Source of the DNA: Oscillospiraceae bacterium
Lineage (GTDB): Bacteria; Bacillota; Clostridia; Saccharofermentanales; Saccharofermentanaceae
Length of the DNA stretch: 64,000 bases
Direction of reading: 5' to 3'
Assembly (NCBI GenBank): GCA_902764825.1
Contig: CACWXL010000017.1
Coordinates: 18,355-82,354 of the forward strand
The notes under the pieces were generated by a model. That model worked only from the letters and a program-made list of their open reading frames with translations, did no database searches and was not told the origin of the DNA. Numbering within the stretch: position 1 is the first letter of the stretch; every line of letters begins with the position of its first letter. Both the position numbers and the translations under genes were made by a program. Below are positions 26,852 to 36,987 of the stretch, in pieces.

Positions 26852-26934
26852 ATTAGGATTATAGCATAAAAGAAAAATATATAAATTCAATTATGAGGAC
26901 ATTTGACGGGAAGCGGATAATTATCAAGCCTGCT

Positions 26935-26974
26935 TTTCTGCACAAGCGAACGGAGTTCGCGCGAAAGCCTTAAG
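26935..26974 (-). repeat. Dispersed 40-bp structured repeat, copy 2
   Basis: 37/40 match to 9433-9472; enclosed by the GCCTGCTT/AAGCAGGC inverted repeat. Confidence 0.8.
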
Positions 26975-26994
26975 CAGGCGGGATTATTTTTTCG

Positions 26995-28233
26995 CTATTT
27001 ATAGCACTGCTCGATATATTTCTGTGTATAGCTTCCGAGTGTAGCAATCGCTGTTCCTGCAGCTTCCGAAGAGGCTGCTTCAACATAGATTATGAGTGCG
27101 AACGGTTCCTTGTAATCTACTATCGCGCATTCCATATATGCCTTACGGTCGGTGTTGCGGCCGAGAACATGAAGGATCCTTGTGTCCTCAGGGAATGCGG
27201 CACTTAACGGCGATCCGACCTCATTTGCCGCCAGGTCATTTAACAGACGCTGGTTTACCTGAGGGTTGATCGTGAACGTGCGGTAGATATATGAAAGATA
27301 CTGGCCCATGTCATAGCATGAGATCGTTCCGGTTGTGCGGAATTCCTTGCCGCTGTAATCCTTATAGATAACCTTGTCATCAAATGAGATATAGCCGCTT
27401 ATCTTCTTGATCTCAGATAATGCTTCATCCATGCCGCCGAGATTATTGATCAGGAAATTCAGGGCGATGCTGTCGTTTTTCGCGATCGAATAATAAAGGA
27501 TCGTCCTCATATAGAACTGTTTGCCGTATGAGAATGTTTTGGCGATATAAGAGGAATTGCGTGACCCCTTGGAGCTTCCGTCATAGGTAACGACCTCGGA
27601 AAGGGGACCCGTTATGCCTGCGATCTTATCGTAATAAACAATGGCGGCCGGAATAGCCATGGCGCCGGAAGGGACGACCGGATCGAGTTCATCGACACCC
27701 AGACGTTCTCCGCTGGATAATGAGATGAACTCGTAGCAGATCCTTAGATTCGTATGGCTCCTCTGATAAGCCGTAACCTGTTCCTTGAGCTCATCGAGAT
27801 AAACGGCACGCTGCTGATATGAGGCGGTCTGGATCCCGATAGGCTTAAAACTGAAGTTTCTGTCCTCCATGAACGGGTCAGGTGAATTGTTCTGGCCGTT
27901 GTCCCTTTCAGGTGAAATGGTAGGCGTAGGCGTCGCAGCGAGCTCCGCATGAGGTACGGTGGTCGTTACGGTCGTCGTTACCTCAGTAGTCGTTTCCGTT
28001 GTTGTATGTACAGGCCTCTGGTATGCAGAATAAGCCGTGGTCGTGCTTGTTGCGGCACCGACAAGTCCGGGATACATCAGTCTGTAAGTATCCTGTGCTG
28101 ACGCGATCGAGCTTATGAAGACTACTACGAAAGTAATCGCAAGCAGGATCAGGACGATCACGAGCGTACGCTTTTTACGGGATGTCTTTATCCCTTCGGC
28201 TTTTTTCAGAAATGTCGGATTCGGCCTTTTCAT
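26995..28233 (-). CDS. Membrane-anchored serine-hydrolase (class A beta-lactamase-like) fold protein with degenerate active site
   Basis: N-terminal TM and Thr-rich linker; motif positions read PSGAMAIP (for SxxK), KNDSIA (for SDN) and LHVLG (for HKTG). Confidence 0.65.
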   Translation of the reverse strand: MKRPNPTFLKKAEGIKTSRKKRTLVIVLILLAITFVVVFISSIASAQDTYRLMYPGLVGAATSTTTAYSAYQRPVHTTTETTTEVTTTVTTTVPHAELAATPTPTISPERDNGQNNSPDPFMEDRNFSFKPIGIQTASYQQRAVYLDELKEQVTAYQRSHTNLRICYEFISLSSGERLGVDELDPVVPSGAMAIPAAIVYYDKIAGITGPLSEVVTYDGSSKGSRNSSYIAKTFSYGKQFYMRTILYYSIAKNDSIALNFLINNLGGMDEALSEIKKISGYISFDDKVIYKDYSGKEFRTTGTISCYDMGQYLSYIYRTFTINPQVNQRLLNDLAANEVGSPLSAAFPEDTRILHVLGRNTDRKAYMECAIVDYKEPFALIIYVEAASSEAAGTAIATLGSYTQKYIEQCYK

Positions 28234-28239
28234 CGAATA

Positions 28240-29913
28240 TCAGAACAGTCCTGTGATCACACCGTTGTTATCTATGTTGATATCCATTGCGGCAGGATGC
28301 GGGGGAAGACCCGGCATGGTTACGATCGTACCCGTAAGGATAACGAGATAACCTGCGCCTGCAGAGATATAGCAGTCTCTTACCGTAAGAGTGAAGCCTT
28401 CGGGATTGCCGAGCTTCTTCGGATCATCGGAAAGCGAATATTGTGTCTTTGCGATGCAGATAGGAAGATTGCCGTAACCCTTCTTAACGAATTCGTCGAT
28501 CTTGGCCTGAGCTTCAGGGAGGATGTCGACCTTGCCTGCGCCATAGACCTTTGTTGCAACCTTGGTGATCTTCTCTTCCACGGAATCTGTCAGCTCGTAG
28601 CTGTAGACAGGGTTCTTCGGCTTGTTCTGACCAAGGATCGAGAGAGCCTTGTTTGCGAGGTCGATTCCGCCTTCGCCGCCCTTGGCAAAGATCTCAGCGG
28701 GAGCGAACTCGGCGCCTGTTGCCTTACATGCTTCCTCGACGATGGCAAGCTCTTCCTCGGTATCCGTAAGGAACCTGTTGGATGCAACGAGGACCGGAAT
28801 GCCGAAATTCTGCATGTTCTTTATATGTCTCAATACGTTTGCAAGACCTGCCTTAACAGCCTCCGGATTAGGATTGGAGAGATCCTGCTTGGGGATGCCT
28901 GCGTTGTACTTGAGAGATCTTACTGTGGTTACGATAACTACGAGATCAGGCCAGATGCCCAGATCTCTGCACTTGATATCAAGGAACTTCTCAGCGCCTA
29001 AGTCAGCACCGAAGCCTGCCTCGGTTACGACGATGTCGCTGAGCTTTAATGCCGTCTTTGTTGCTATGCATGTGTTGCAGCCGTGTGAGATGTTCGCGAA
29101 AGGTCCGCCGTGTACGAGCGCGGGAACACCTTCAAGGGACTGGACGAGGTTAGGGCACATAGCGTCCTTAAGGCATGTAACGAGGCTTCCCGTAGCACCG
29201 AGCTGGCCTGCAGTTACGATGTTTCCGTCCATGTCGTATGCGATAGCGATCCTGTCTAATCTGACCTTGAGGTCATCCATGTCCTTTGCAAGGCAGAGGA
29301 TAGCCATGATCTCTGAAGCTGCGGTGATCTGGAAGATCTCCGGACGAGTTACGCCCTTTGTGCCGCCGCCGACACCGACGGTTACTGCTCGAAGGCACCT
29401 GTCGTTCATGTCGAGACATCTCTTCCATAAGATCCTGTCCTTATCGATGTTGAGACTGTTGCCCTGGAAAAGGTGGTTGTCGATGAGGGCTGCAAGAAGG
29501 TTATTTGCAGTAGTGATAGCGTGGAGGTCACCTGTGAAGTGGAGATTGATATCCTCCATAGGAACGACCTGTGAGTAACCGCCGCCGCAGGCACCGCCCT
29601 TGACGCCGAATACAGGTCCCAATGAGGGTTCTCTTAATGCCAGGATAGGATTCTTGCCGACAAGCTTTAAGCCCTGCGCGAGTCCGATGCTTACAGTTGT
29701 CTTGCCTTCGCCTGCGGGTGTCGGGTTCATCGCCGTAACGAGGATGAGCTTGGCATCAGGTCTTTCAGGCAGATCCCGGATGTAGTTTAACGGGAGTTTT
29801 GCTTTGTACTTTCCGTAGAATTCGAGCTTGTCAGGATCGATTCCTGCCTGCTCTGCTATTTCTGCGATGGGCTTGATCTTTGCACTCTGGGCTATCTCGA
29901 TATCACTAAGCAT
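28240..29913 (-). CDS. fhs: Formate-tetrahydrofolate ligase
   Basis: TPAGEGKTT, REPSLGPVFGVKGGACGGG, HGGPFANISHG, TEAGFGADLGAEKF, KTQYSLSD. Confidence 0.96.
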   Translation of the reverse strand: MLSDIEIAQSAKIKPIAEIAEQAGIDPDKLEFYGKYKAKLPLNYIRDLPERPDAKLILVTAMNPTPAGEGKTTVSIGLAQGLKLVGKNPILALREPSLGPVFGVKGGACGGGYSQVVPMEDINLHFTGDLHAITTANNLLAALIDNHLFQGNSLNIDKDRILWKRCLDMNDRCLRAVTVGVGGGTKGVTRPEIFQITAASEIMAILCLAKDMDDLKVRLDRIAIAYDMDGNIVTAGQLGATGSLVTCLKDAMCPNLVQSLEGVPALVHGGPFANISHGCNTCIATKTALKLSDIVVTEAGFGADLGAEKFLDIKCRDLGIWPDLVVIVTTVRSLKYNAGIPKQDLSNPNPEAVKAGLANVLRHIKNMQNFGIPVLVASNRFLTDTEEELAIVEEACKATGAEFAPAEIFAKGGEGGIDLANKALSILGQNKPKNPVYSYELTDSVEEKITKVATKVYGAGKVDILPEAQAKIDEFVKKGYGNLPICIAKTQYSLSDDPKKLGNPEGFTLTVRDCYISAGAGYLVILTGTIVTMPGLPPHPAAMDINIDNNGVITGLF

Positions 29914-30084
29914 TTTTGACCTCTCCTATCAGTTTTTTAGAGTAATGCTACGATTGTATTGTAAAAAGAAAGCCTTTTCAATGAGAGTTAAAAGCTGTTC
30001 TGTAAGAAAATAGAAAAAATTCTCCCTAACCACTATATTTTGTGAGATTGCCGCTGTTTTTTTACTAAATGTTGTGTTTTCTCG

Positions 30085-30099
30085 TTGACAATATGTCAA
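30085..30099 (+). promoter_or_regulatory. -35 box of the veg promoter embedded in a palindrome
   Basis: TTGACA-ATA-TGTCAA; TAGCAT lies 17 bp after the -35. Confidence 0.45.
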
Positions 30100-30199
30100 G
30101 GAAATGTTAGCATTGGTGCAAGTTTGGTAATATTTCCGTAATGTTCCTTTAAGGCGTTTGCAATATTTATCAACAATTCTCCGGGCGGAGGGAAGACGT

Positions 30200-30469
30200 A
30201 TGATTATCAGTTCCGATTTGGAAATGTGCAAGGGTAAGTTTCAAGAGCTCATCGGCAAGCGTATAGTTTGCAAGACCAACGGCGGACGTAAGAGGATCAT
30301 CACATACATCGGTACAGTCGAGCACTGCTATCCCAATGTTTTCACAATGCTCTGCAAGAATGAAGCAGGCAAGGAATCACTCGTATCCTTCTCATATATC
30401 GATGTTCTCACAAGAACAGTCAGAGTAGGCATCATGCCTGAGAAGTCTCAGGAAGAAGTAGCAGTCTGA
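30200..30469 (+). CDS. veg: Veg family protein
   Basis: NGGRKRIITYIGTVEHCYPNVFT...SFSYIDVLT motif; veg-ispE synteny; GGAGGG RBS. Confidence 0.88.
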   Translation: MIISSDLEMCKGKFQELIGKRIVCKTNGGRKRIITYIGTVEHCYPNVFTMLCKNEAGKESLVSFSYIDVLTRTVRVGIMPEKSQEEVAV

Positions 30470-30494
30470 TCCTGAATAATTAAGCTGATAACAA

Positions 30495-30540
30495 GGCACT
30501 GTCAGAACTGATTCGGTCAGGTTTTGACAGTGTCTTTTTT
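30495..30540 (+). terminator. Terminator after veg
   Basis: GGCACTGTCAGAAC...GTTTTGACAGTGTC long stem followed by TTTTTT. Confidence 0.75.
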
Positions 30541-30644
30541 ATGGGAACATACTGTTCCCGAACGTGCAGGATTTTGATTTATATATTTTTGTAGAGTAAA
30601 ATTGAATTACAAACCTTTGCTTTGTCTGATCTTAGGAGATCCTT

Positions 30645-31595
30645 ATGGATTCTTATGAAATAACAGCTAATGCCAAATTGAATCTGTTCCTGCGGGTACG
30701 CGGGATACTTCCAAACGGCTATCACAGCTTATATTCGATAATGCAGGAAATAGATCTTGCAGACAATCTCACTATCAACATCTATCCCGAACGCGAATGC
30801 GGTTTTGATATCAAATGCATCGGCAGAAATGATATCGATCCGGAGAAGAACCTCTGCAGCAAGGCCAGAGACAGGTTCATCTCAATGCTGAGGAAAAAGG
30901 CCGAGACAGATCCTTCGGTTCCGGATGCCGGCCGCTGGAAGAGGAATGAATTCCCTTATATCGAGATAGTCCTTACAAAGCGTATTCCGTCTGAATCCGG
31001 AATGGGCGGCGGAAGCTCTGATGCGGCAGCCGTGCTCATGGTCCTTCAGGAACACTTCGGCAATCCGTTTACTGATGAAGAGCTTAACCAGCTTGCGGTA
31101 AATGTGGGAGCGGATGTTCCGTTCTTCCTTTACGGCGGAACATGTCTCTGCGAGAAAGTAGGCGAGGACATAAGGGTCCTGACGCCGCTGTCTGACATAC
31201 CGCTTCTTATCGTAAAGCCCAAAGAGGGCGTATCGACACCCGAGTGCTTCCACGCCATAGACAGTAAGCCTTTGCCGGTATTCGACGAAGAGCGGTATGA
31301 GGCATATATTGCCGGTCTTAATGAAGATGAAGGCGATCCTCTTACGAGATTCCTTAAGGGAGGAGAGCTCCTTACAAATGATCTCGAGATCCCGTCTGAG
31401 GAAAAGGTCCCGCTGATAAAGAAAGTAAGGGAAACGCTTCTTTCCACAGGCGCGCGTTTCAGCCGCATGACCGGTTCCGGCAGCGCTGTGTTCGCGATGT
31501 ATGACAGTGCTGAATCAAGAGATAAGGCTTATGAGCAGATAAAGAACGAGCCTGATTTCTCAGGCTGTGATATCTTTTCTTCGAAGACTATATAA
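30645..31595 (+). CDS. ispE: 4-diphosphocytidyl-2-C-methyl-D-erythritol kinase
   Basis: AKLNLFL, KRIPSESGMGGGSSDAA, GADVPFFL, MTGSGSAVF GHMP-kinase motifs. Confidence 0.92.
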   Translation: MDSYEITANAKLNLFLRVRGILPNGYHSLYSIMQEIDLADNLTINIYPERECGFDIKCIGRNDIDPEKNLCSKARDRFISMLRKKAETDPSVPDAGRWKRNEFPYIEIVLTKRIPSESGMGGGSSDAAAVLMVLQEHFGNPFTDEELNQLAVNVGADVPFFLYGGTCLCEKVGEDIRVLTPLSDIPLLIVKPKEGVSTPECFHAIDSKPLPVFDEERYEAYIAGLNEDEGDPLTRFLKGGELLTNDLEIPSEEKVPLIKKVRETLLSTGARFSRMTGSGSAVFAMYDSAESRDKAYEQIKNEPDFSGCDIFSSKTI

Positions 31596-31629
31596 TTCCG
31601 GTGATTGCGGATCCCGGGAACAGTGCGCT

Positions 31630-32166
31630 TCAGGCCTTTAATCTGTTCGCGAAAAGACCTCTCATATAACCTCTGGAATTCTCGGAATCTATCAGCTCAA
31701 ATCCTCTTTTGCCGTAGAATTCGACCATGTTCTTATTGGTTGCCGCGGAGTGAAGGAGAATGCAGTCTGCACCTGATCCGGCTGCCAGTTCGACGGCCCT
31801 TGCCATGAGGTCTATTCCAAGGCCCGTTTTCCTGTATTTTTCGAGCACTGCAAATCTTGAGATGTAAAAGGATCTTCCGAGATCATTTAAGTATTCGAAA
31901 GTCTTGTCCGAGAAGCTGTAGACCAGGGGATTGGGGCATTCCTTGATGCAGATGGAGCCGACGATCTTCCCGCCCGTCTCAGCCACAAGGCAGGTCTGCC
32001 GCGAGATCCTGTCGGCTACGCTCTCGATGCTCTCGGTCATGGCTTCGAGCATCGAAGAAGATATACCCGAATCCGCGCAATAAGTAAGCATCGCGCTTCT
32101 TAAGAGGCGCGATACTTCAGGTGCGTCATTGACGCTTGCAGTTCTTATTACCGGGATCGTATTCAT
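31630..32166 (-). CDS. GNAT family N-acetyltransferase
   Basis: ISRFAVLEKYRKTGLGIDL acetyl-CoA motif A, FYGKRGF; start overlaps the argF stop. Confidence 0.85.
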   Translation of the reverse strand: MNTIPVIRTASVNDAPEVSRLLRSAMLTYCADSGISSSMLEAMTESIESVADRISRQTCLVAETGGKIVGSICIKECPNPLVYSFSDKTFEYLNDLGRSFYISRFAVLEKYRKTGLGIDLMARAVELAAGSGADCILLHSAATNKNMVEFYGKRGFELIDSENSRGYMRGLFANRLKA

Positions 32167-33089
32167 CAGTTAAGGAAGCAGTTTACGAGGATAGCCTTGT
32201 GAGCGTGGAGTCTGTTCTCGGCTTCGTCGAATACAACACTCTGAGGTCCGTCGATAACATCTTCGGTTACCTCATAGCCTCTGTAAGCAGGGAGGCAGTG
32301 CATGAAGATCGCATCCTTGTGAGCGACACCCATAAGCTTGGAATTTACCTGATAGTTCTTGAAGATCTCAACTCTCTGAGCCTTCTCTGCTTCCTGGCCC
32401 ATGGATGTCCATGTGTCTGTATAGATTACGTCAGCGCCTTCTGCTGCTTCGAAAGGATCTTCGGTCATGACGATCTTGGAGCCTGTGACCTTGGCGTCCT
32501 CTTTTGCCTCGAGAACATACTTGTCAGGGCATGTATAAGCCTTGGGACTTGCTACGGAGATGTCCATTCCTGCCTTTGCACAAGCGTGGAGGAGGGAATT
32601 TGCCATATTGTTTCCGTCGCCCAGGTAAGCCATCTTGAGACCCTTGAGCGTGCCCTTATGCTCCTTGATCGTAAGGAGGTCAGCCAATACCTGTGTAGGG
32701 TGCTGGTCGTCAGTAAGACCGTTGATCACAGGGATCCTGCCGTACTTTGCGAGGTCTTCGACGTCCTGATGCTTGAATGTTCTGATCATGATGCCGTCGA
32801 CCATTCCGGACAATACGTTTGCAGTGTCGTAGATGGTCTCGCCTCTGCCTATCTGGATGTCGTTGTTGCTCAAGAAAAGAGCCATACCGCCTAACTGGTA
32901 CATTCCGACTTCAAAGGAGACTCTCGTTCTTGTTGAAGACTTTGTGAAGATCATGGCAAGCGTCTTTCCCTTAAGAAGGTGGTGCTCGATGCCGGCCTTT
33001 GTCTTAGCCTTAAGGTCTACTGCAACGTCCAGAAGGTAATCAAGGTCTTCAAAGGAAACGTCTCTGTGGAAATCAATATAATGCTTCAT
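32166..33089 (-). CDS. argF: Ornithine carbamoyltransferase
   Basis: KSSTRTR, HPTQ, DTWTSMG, HCLP motifs. Confidence 0.95.
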   Translation of the reverse strand: MKHYIDFHRDVSFEDLDYLLDVAVDLKAKTKAGIEHHLLKGKTLAMIFTKSSTRTRVSFEVGMYQLGGMALFLSNNDIQIGRGETIYDTANVLSGMVDGIMIRTFKHQDVEDLAKYGRIPVINGLTDDQHPTQVLADLLTIKEHKGTLKGLKMAYLGDGNNMANSLLHACAKAGMDISVASPKAYTCPDKYVLEAKEDAKVTGSKIVMTEDPFEAAEGADVIYTDTWTSMGQEAEKAQRVEIFKNYQVNSKLMGVAHKDAIFMHCLPAYRGYEVTEDVIDGPQSVVFDEAENRLHAHKAILVNCFLN

Positions 33090-33116
33090 TGTAATTACTC
33101 CTTAACTGTCGGTTTA

Positions 33117-34505
33117 TTATTCTTCGTCATCGATCAGGTCTATGTCTTTGGCTTCTGCCGGTTTCTTGTCCTTTCCTTCGGTAAGGCCTAACTGGTCCAG
33201 CTTGCCGATCTTGGCATTGTTTACGCTTGCTGCAGATTCCTTGATCTGCTTCTTTGAAGGAATAGCGTCCTTGATCTTGTCGAAAACGTTCTTCGGTCCC
33301 TGAACGTTCTTTAAGATCTTGTCGAGAGCCTTGATGAACTGGTTTGCCTGAGCCTTTGTGATGATGAGCGGAGGTGCAAGCCTGATCGTTGATTTGCCGA
33401 TGGCACTTACGAGGATGCCCATTGAGAATAACTGTTCACGCATGCCCTGGGCTGTGATCGTATCATCGAATTCGATGCCGATAAGAAGGCCTTTGCCCCT
33501 TACCGAACGGATGCAGTTGTATTTAGCTCTCAGCTTGTTGAGCTTCTCGAAGATCTCTTCGCTTACTTCCCTTACGTTATCGATGATGTTCTCTTCTTCG
33601 ATAGTCTCGAGTACGGCATTGCCGGCAGCGCATGCAAGGGGATTTCCGCCGAAAGTGGAGCCGTGATCGCCGGGCTTCATGCCTGTTGCAATGGCGTTTG
33701 TAGTGAGCATGGCGCCGATCGGAACACCGCCACCCAAGCCCTTTGCGAGCGTCATGATGTCAGGCTGTACGCCGTAGTTCTGATAGCAGAACATCTTGCC
33801 GGTACGTCCTATACCTGTCTGGACTTCGTCGAAGATAAGAAGAACGCCCTTTTCGACGCAGAGCTTCTTTATAGCCTGGATGTATTCGAGGTCAGCGGGA
33901 TGAACACCGCTCTCGCCCTGAACGAGCTCCAACATGATCGCTGCAGTCTTGGGAGTTACAGCCTGGATCATTGCATCAATGTCGTTGTAGGGAACATAGA
34001 CAAAGCCCGGAAGATTAGGCGCAAAGGGCGTCTGGAACTTTTCCTGGCCTGTTGCCGCAACGGTTCCCATCGTTCTTCCGTGGAAGCTCATTGTGGCCGT
34101 GATGATCTCATACTTGTTTATATCCTTATAGTAGAAATAACTTCTTGCGAGCTTGATCGCAGCTTCGTTTGCTTCAGCACCGGAATTGCAGAAGAAGACC
34201 TTGTCTGCAAAGCTTGCGCGGCAGAGCCTGTAAGCGAGCTCTGACTTCTGCGGAATATAGTAGTAATTGCAGGCATGAATGATGTTCTTTGCCTGTGAGC
34301 AGATAGCCGATGTGAGCTTCGGATGAGCGTAGCCCAGGCAGTTAACTGCGATTCCGCCGATCATGTCGAGATACTTCCTGCCTTCGGTGTCATAGAGATA
34401 GCAGCCCTTTCCCTTTGTGAATGCAACAGGGAGAAGGTTAAATACCTGAAGACAATAATTCTTGTCGTAATCCTGAATCAGGGAGAGATCATTTTCTATA
34501 CTCAT
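33117..34505 (-). CDS. argD: Acetylornithine aminotransferase with a C-terminal extension
   Basis: [47 protein letters not shown]; arg operon context. Confidence 0.92.
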   Translation of the reverse strand: MSIENDLSLIQDYDKNYCLQVFNLLPVAFTKGKGCYLYDTEGRKYLDMIGGIAVNCLGYAHPKLTSAICSQAKNIIHACNYYYIPQKSELAYRLCRASFADKVFFCNSGAEANEAAIKLARSYFYYKDINKYEIITATMSFHGRTMGTVAATGQEKFQTPFAPNLPGFVYVPYNDIDAMIQAVTPKTAAIMLELVQGESGVHPADLEYIQAIKKLCVEKGVLLIFDEVQTGIGRTGKMFCYQNYGVQPDIMTLAKGLGGGVPIGAMLTTNAIATGMKPGDHGSTFGGNPLACAAGNAVLETIEEENIIDNVREVSEEIFEKLNKLRAKYNCIRSVRGKGLLIGIEFDDTITAQGMREQLFSMGILVSAIGKSTIRLAPPLIITKAQANQFIKALDKILKNVQGPKNVFDKIKDAIPSKKQIKESAASVNNAKIGKLDQLGLTEGKDKKPAEAKDIDLIDDEE

Positions 34506-35433
34506 AATGTTCCTTTTTCTCCTTTACGATCATTGTGCCGATGCCATTCTTTGTGAATGTCTCGAGAATAATAGAGTGAGGTATCCTTCCGTCTATTATG
34601 TGGGCACGGTCGACTCCGCGCAATACCGTATCAAGACAGCCTTCGATCTTGGGGATCATGCCGCCCTTGATGATGCCCTCATCAACGAGATCCTTGATGT
34701 CTTTCTCGTCGAGGACCGGAATGATGTAGTCAGAACCGTCTTCGAGCTTTCTCAATACTCCGCCGACATCTGTCAGGGTAATGAGCTTTGAAGCGCCCAA
34801 TGCTACGGCTACTTCAGCTGCGACCGTATCTGCATTGATGTTATAGCTCTCGCCGTCCTTGCCTACGCCGATAGGAGCGATGACGGGGATATACTCGTCG
34901 TTTGCGAGCATGGAGATGACCTTGGTGTTGATCTTCTTGATCTTGCCGACAAAGCCGATGTCAATGGCATTGCCTTCAGCGTCCTCAGTCATCTTCTCGG
35001 CTTCGATAAGGTTGCCGTCGATGCCTGAGATACCGATAGCCTTTGCGCCTTTTCCGCAAAGAGTGGATACGATATCCTTGTTGGTCTTTCCGATCAATAC
35101 CATCTGGGCATAACCCATGGTCTCTTCATCCGTATACCTTAATCCGTTTACGAAATGGGACTCCTTGTTGACCTTGCTGAGCATATCGCTGATGTCAGGT
35201 CCGCCGCCGTGAACGATGACAGGGTTGATGCCGATATACTTAAGGAGCGTGATATCGTCCATGACAGACTGCTTTAATTCTTCGTTGATCATGGCATTTC
35301 CGCCGTACTTGATAACGAAGGTCTGACCTCTCATCTTTCTGATATATGGAAGGGATTCGATAAGGATCGATGCCCTGTCCACGTTGTTCTTCATGTCACC
35401 CGTGATAACGGGATTTTCTTTCTGTCCTGCCAT
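34489..35433 (-). CDS. argB: Acetylglutamate kinase
   Basis: [33 protein letters not shown]. Confidence 0.95.
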   Translation of the reverse strand: MAGQKENPVITGDMKNNVDRASILIESLPYIRKMRGQTFVIKYGGNAMINEELKQSVMDDITLLKYIGINPVIVHGGGPDISDMLSKVNKESHFVNGLRYTDEETMGYAQMVLIGKTNKDIVSTLCGKGAKAIGISGIDGNLIEAEKMTEDAEGNAIDIGFVGKIKKINTKVISMLANDEYIPVIAPIGVGKDGESYNINADTVAAEVAVALGASKLITLTDVGGVLRKLEDGSDYIIPVLDEKDIKDLVDEGIIKGGMIPKIEGCLDTVLRGVDRAHIIDGRIPHSIILETFTKNGIGTMIVKEKKEHYEYRK

Positions 35434-35435
35434 GA

Positions 35436-36512
35436 TCAGATACCTCTTACGATATTCTTAAGTCCGGTAGTCTCGTCGAAACCGAACATTGCGTTTGCTG
35501 CCTGTATAGCCTGAAGAGCTGCGCCCTTGCCGAGATTATCCTGAGCCGAGAAGAGCTTTATCATGCCCGTGTCGGGATCGAAAACACCGTTGATGTCGAT
35601 ATAGTTCGAACCGGCAACTGCCTTTATGTCCGGCAATGTCTTTCCGGGAAGCACTCTTACAAAGTTCTCGCCTTTATAGAATTCACTGTAGATCTCATTG
35701 ATCTTCTCGGAAGATACATCGGAGAAATCCTTGGAAGGCTTTACGTAGATGCTTGCGAGCATTCCGCGCTTGAAAGGCGCCAGGTGGGGAGTAAAGGTTA
35801 CCTTGATATCTCCGGGCTTCTTTCCTGCGAGAAGCGAGCACTGCTCGGCGATCTCTGTCGTGTGACGGTGGCCTACGGCTCCATAGGGCTTGAAGGCTTC
35901 GTCGGTCTCGCAGAATGCATAAGCGAGATCAGCCTTTCTTCCTGCGCCGCTGACACCTGATGTGGCATCGATGATGATGGAATCCTCATCAATGAGATGA
36001 GCCTTAAGGAAAGGTGCCAGTGCAATGAGCGAGCATGTCGGATAGCATCCGGGATTTGCCACGAGCTTTGCTGTCTTGAGCTCATTTCTGTAGAACTCCG
36101 GGATTCCGTAAACCGCTTCTGCAAGGAGTTCCGGATTCGGGTGGGTAAGCTTATAAGACTTCTCATATGTAGCAAGATCCTTATATCTGAAATCTCCGCT
36201 GTGATCAATTACCTTTGCGCCTGCCTTAAGGAGCTCAGGAACGATCTTTGCCGATACTCCGTGGGGAAGGGCAGTGATCACGAGATCTGAATCTTTTGCA
36301 ACTTCTTCGTAGGGAAGATCTTCGCAGACGACGTCAACGATGCCCCTGAATTCGGGATAGATCTCGGAATAGGGCTTGCCTGCAAATGTCTGGCTCGTAA
36401 GATGTCGGAATCTGAAGAAAGGGTGTCCGGCAAAACCTCTTACGAGTTCTGCTCCGACATATCCTGTGGATCCGATAATAGACACATACTTTACAGATTC
36501 TTCTACCGCCAT
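35436..36512 (-). CDS. argC: N-acetyl-gamma-glutamyl-phosphate reductase
   Basis: [35 protein letters not shown]. Confidence 0.95.
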   Translation of the reverse strand: MAVEESVKYVSIIGSTGYVGAELVRGFAGHPFFRFRHLTSQTFAGKPYSEIYPEFRGIVDVVCEDLPYEEVAKDSDLVITALPHGVSAKIVPELLKAGAKVIDHSGDFRYKDLATYEKSYKLTHPNPELLAEAVYGIPEFYRNELKTAKLVANPGCYPTCSLIALAPFLKAHLIDEDSIIIDATSGVSGAGRKADLAYAFCETDEAFKPYGAVGHRHTTEIAEQCSLLAGKKPGDIKVTFTPHLAPFKRGMLASIYVKPSKDFSDVSSEKINEIYSEFYKGENFVRVLPGKTLPDIKAVAGSNYIDINGVFDPDTGMIKLFSAQDNLGKGAALQAIQAANAMFGFDETTGLKNIVRGI

Positions 36513-36563
36513 TTTAATTGCCTCCGAATAGAGTGGATAATCCCCACCCTGATGTTTGATTTA

Positions 36564-36617
36564 TGCAATATAATGCATAAATATTCAAAAGTCAACTGAA
36601 ACATGCATAAATATATT
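36564..36617 (-). promoter_or_regulatory. argC promoter with ARG boxes (ArgR/AhrC operators)
   Basis: Minus strand TTGACT-17 bp-TATATT; TGCATAAATATTCA (36574-36587) matches TGMAT-wwww-ATKCA, with weaker boxes at 36564 and 36604. Confidence 0.65.
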
Positions 36618-36987
36618 ACATAATAGTATTGGTGGGTCCTCTCCGCATAATAACGCATAAGCCGTTTTTGTTTGTGAAATCCCTGCAAAGGTCACTGAAA
36701 CGTAACATAGAATGATCGATTTTATGGCCCAAAAGGTTATTTTGCACAATGAGAAAAAAGATGAAAAATGCCTCAAATTATTAGATTTGCCGCTTTTTCT
36801 TGTACAACACTCACAAAATAGTTAAAGACCATTTGATAGATTTACCAAGCAACGGAAATTACTATGCCAAAATAGCAAAACTTTTTTTGGTGAGAGTGTC
36901 ATATAGTAAACAAATAAGCGTTTTGTTACTATTCTCGTAGTTATCCTGCCCACGTATGTATGGGCACATTTTTGGAGGTTATAAGTT

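Noticed and set aside
28649-29578. Long antisense ORFs in the track (for example 28649-29578, 24101-24847, 32136-32894, 5686-6459, 142-591)
   Set aside because: They are shadows on the opposite strand of well-supported genes, lack an RBS or family motifs, and reflect codon bias.
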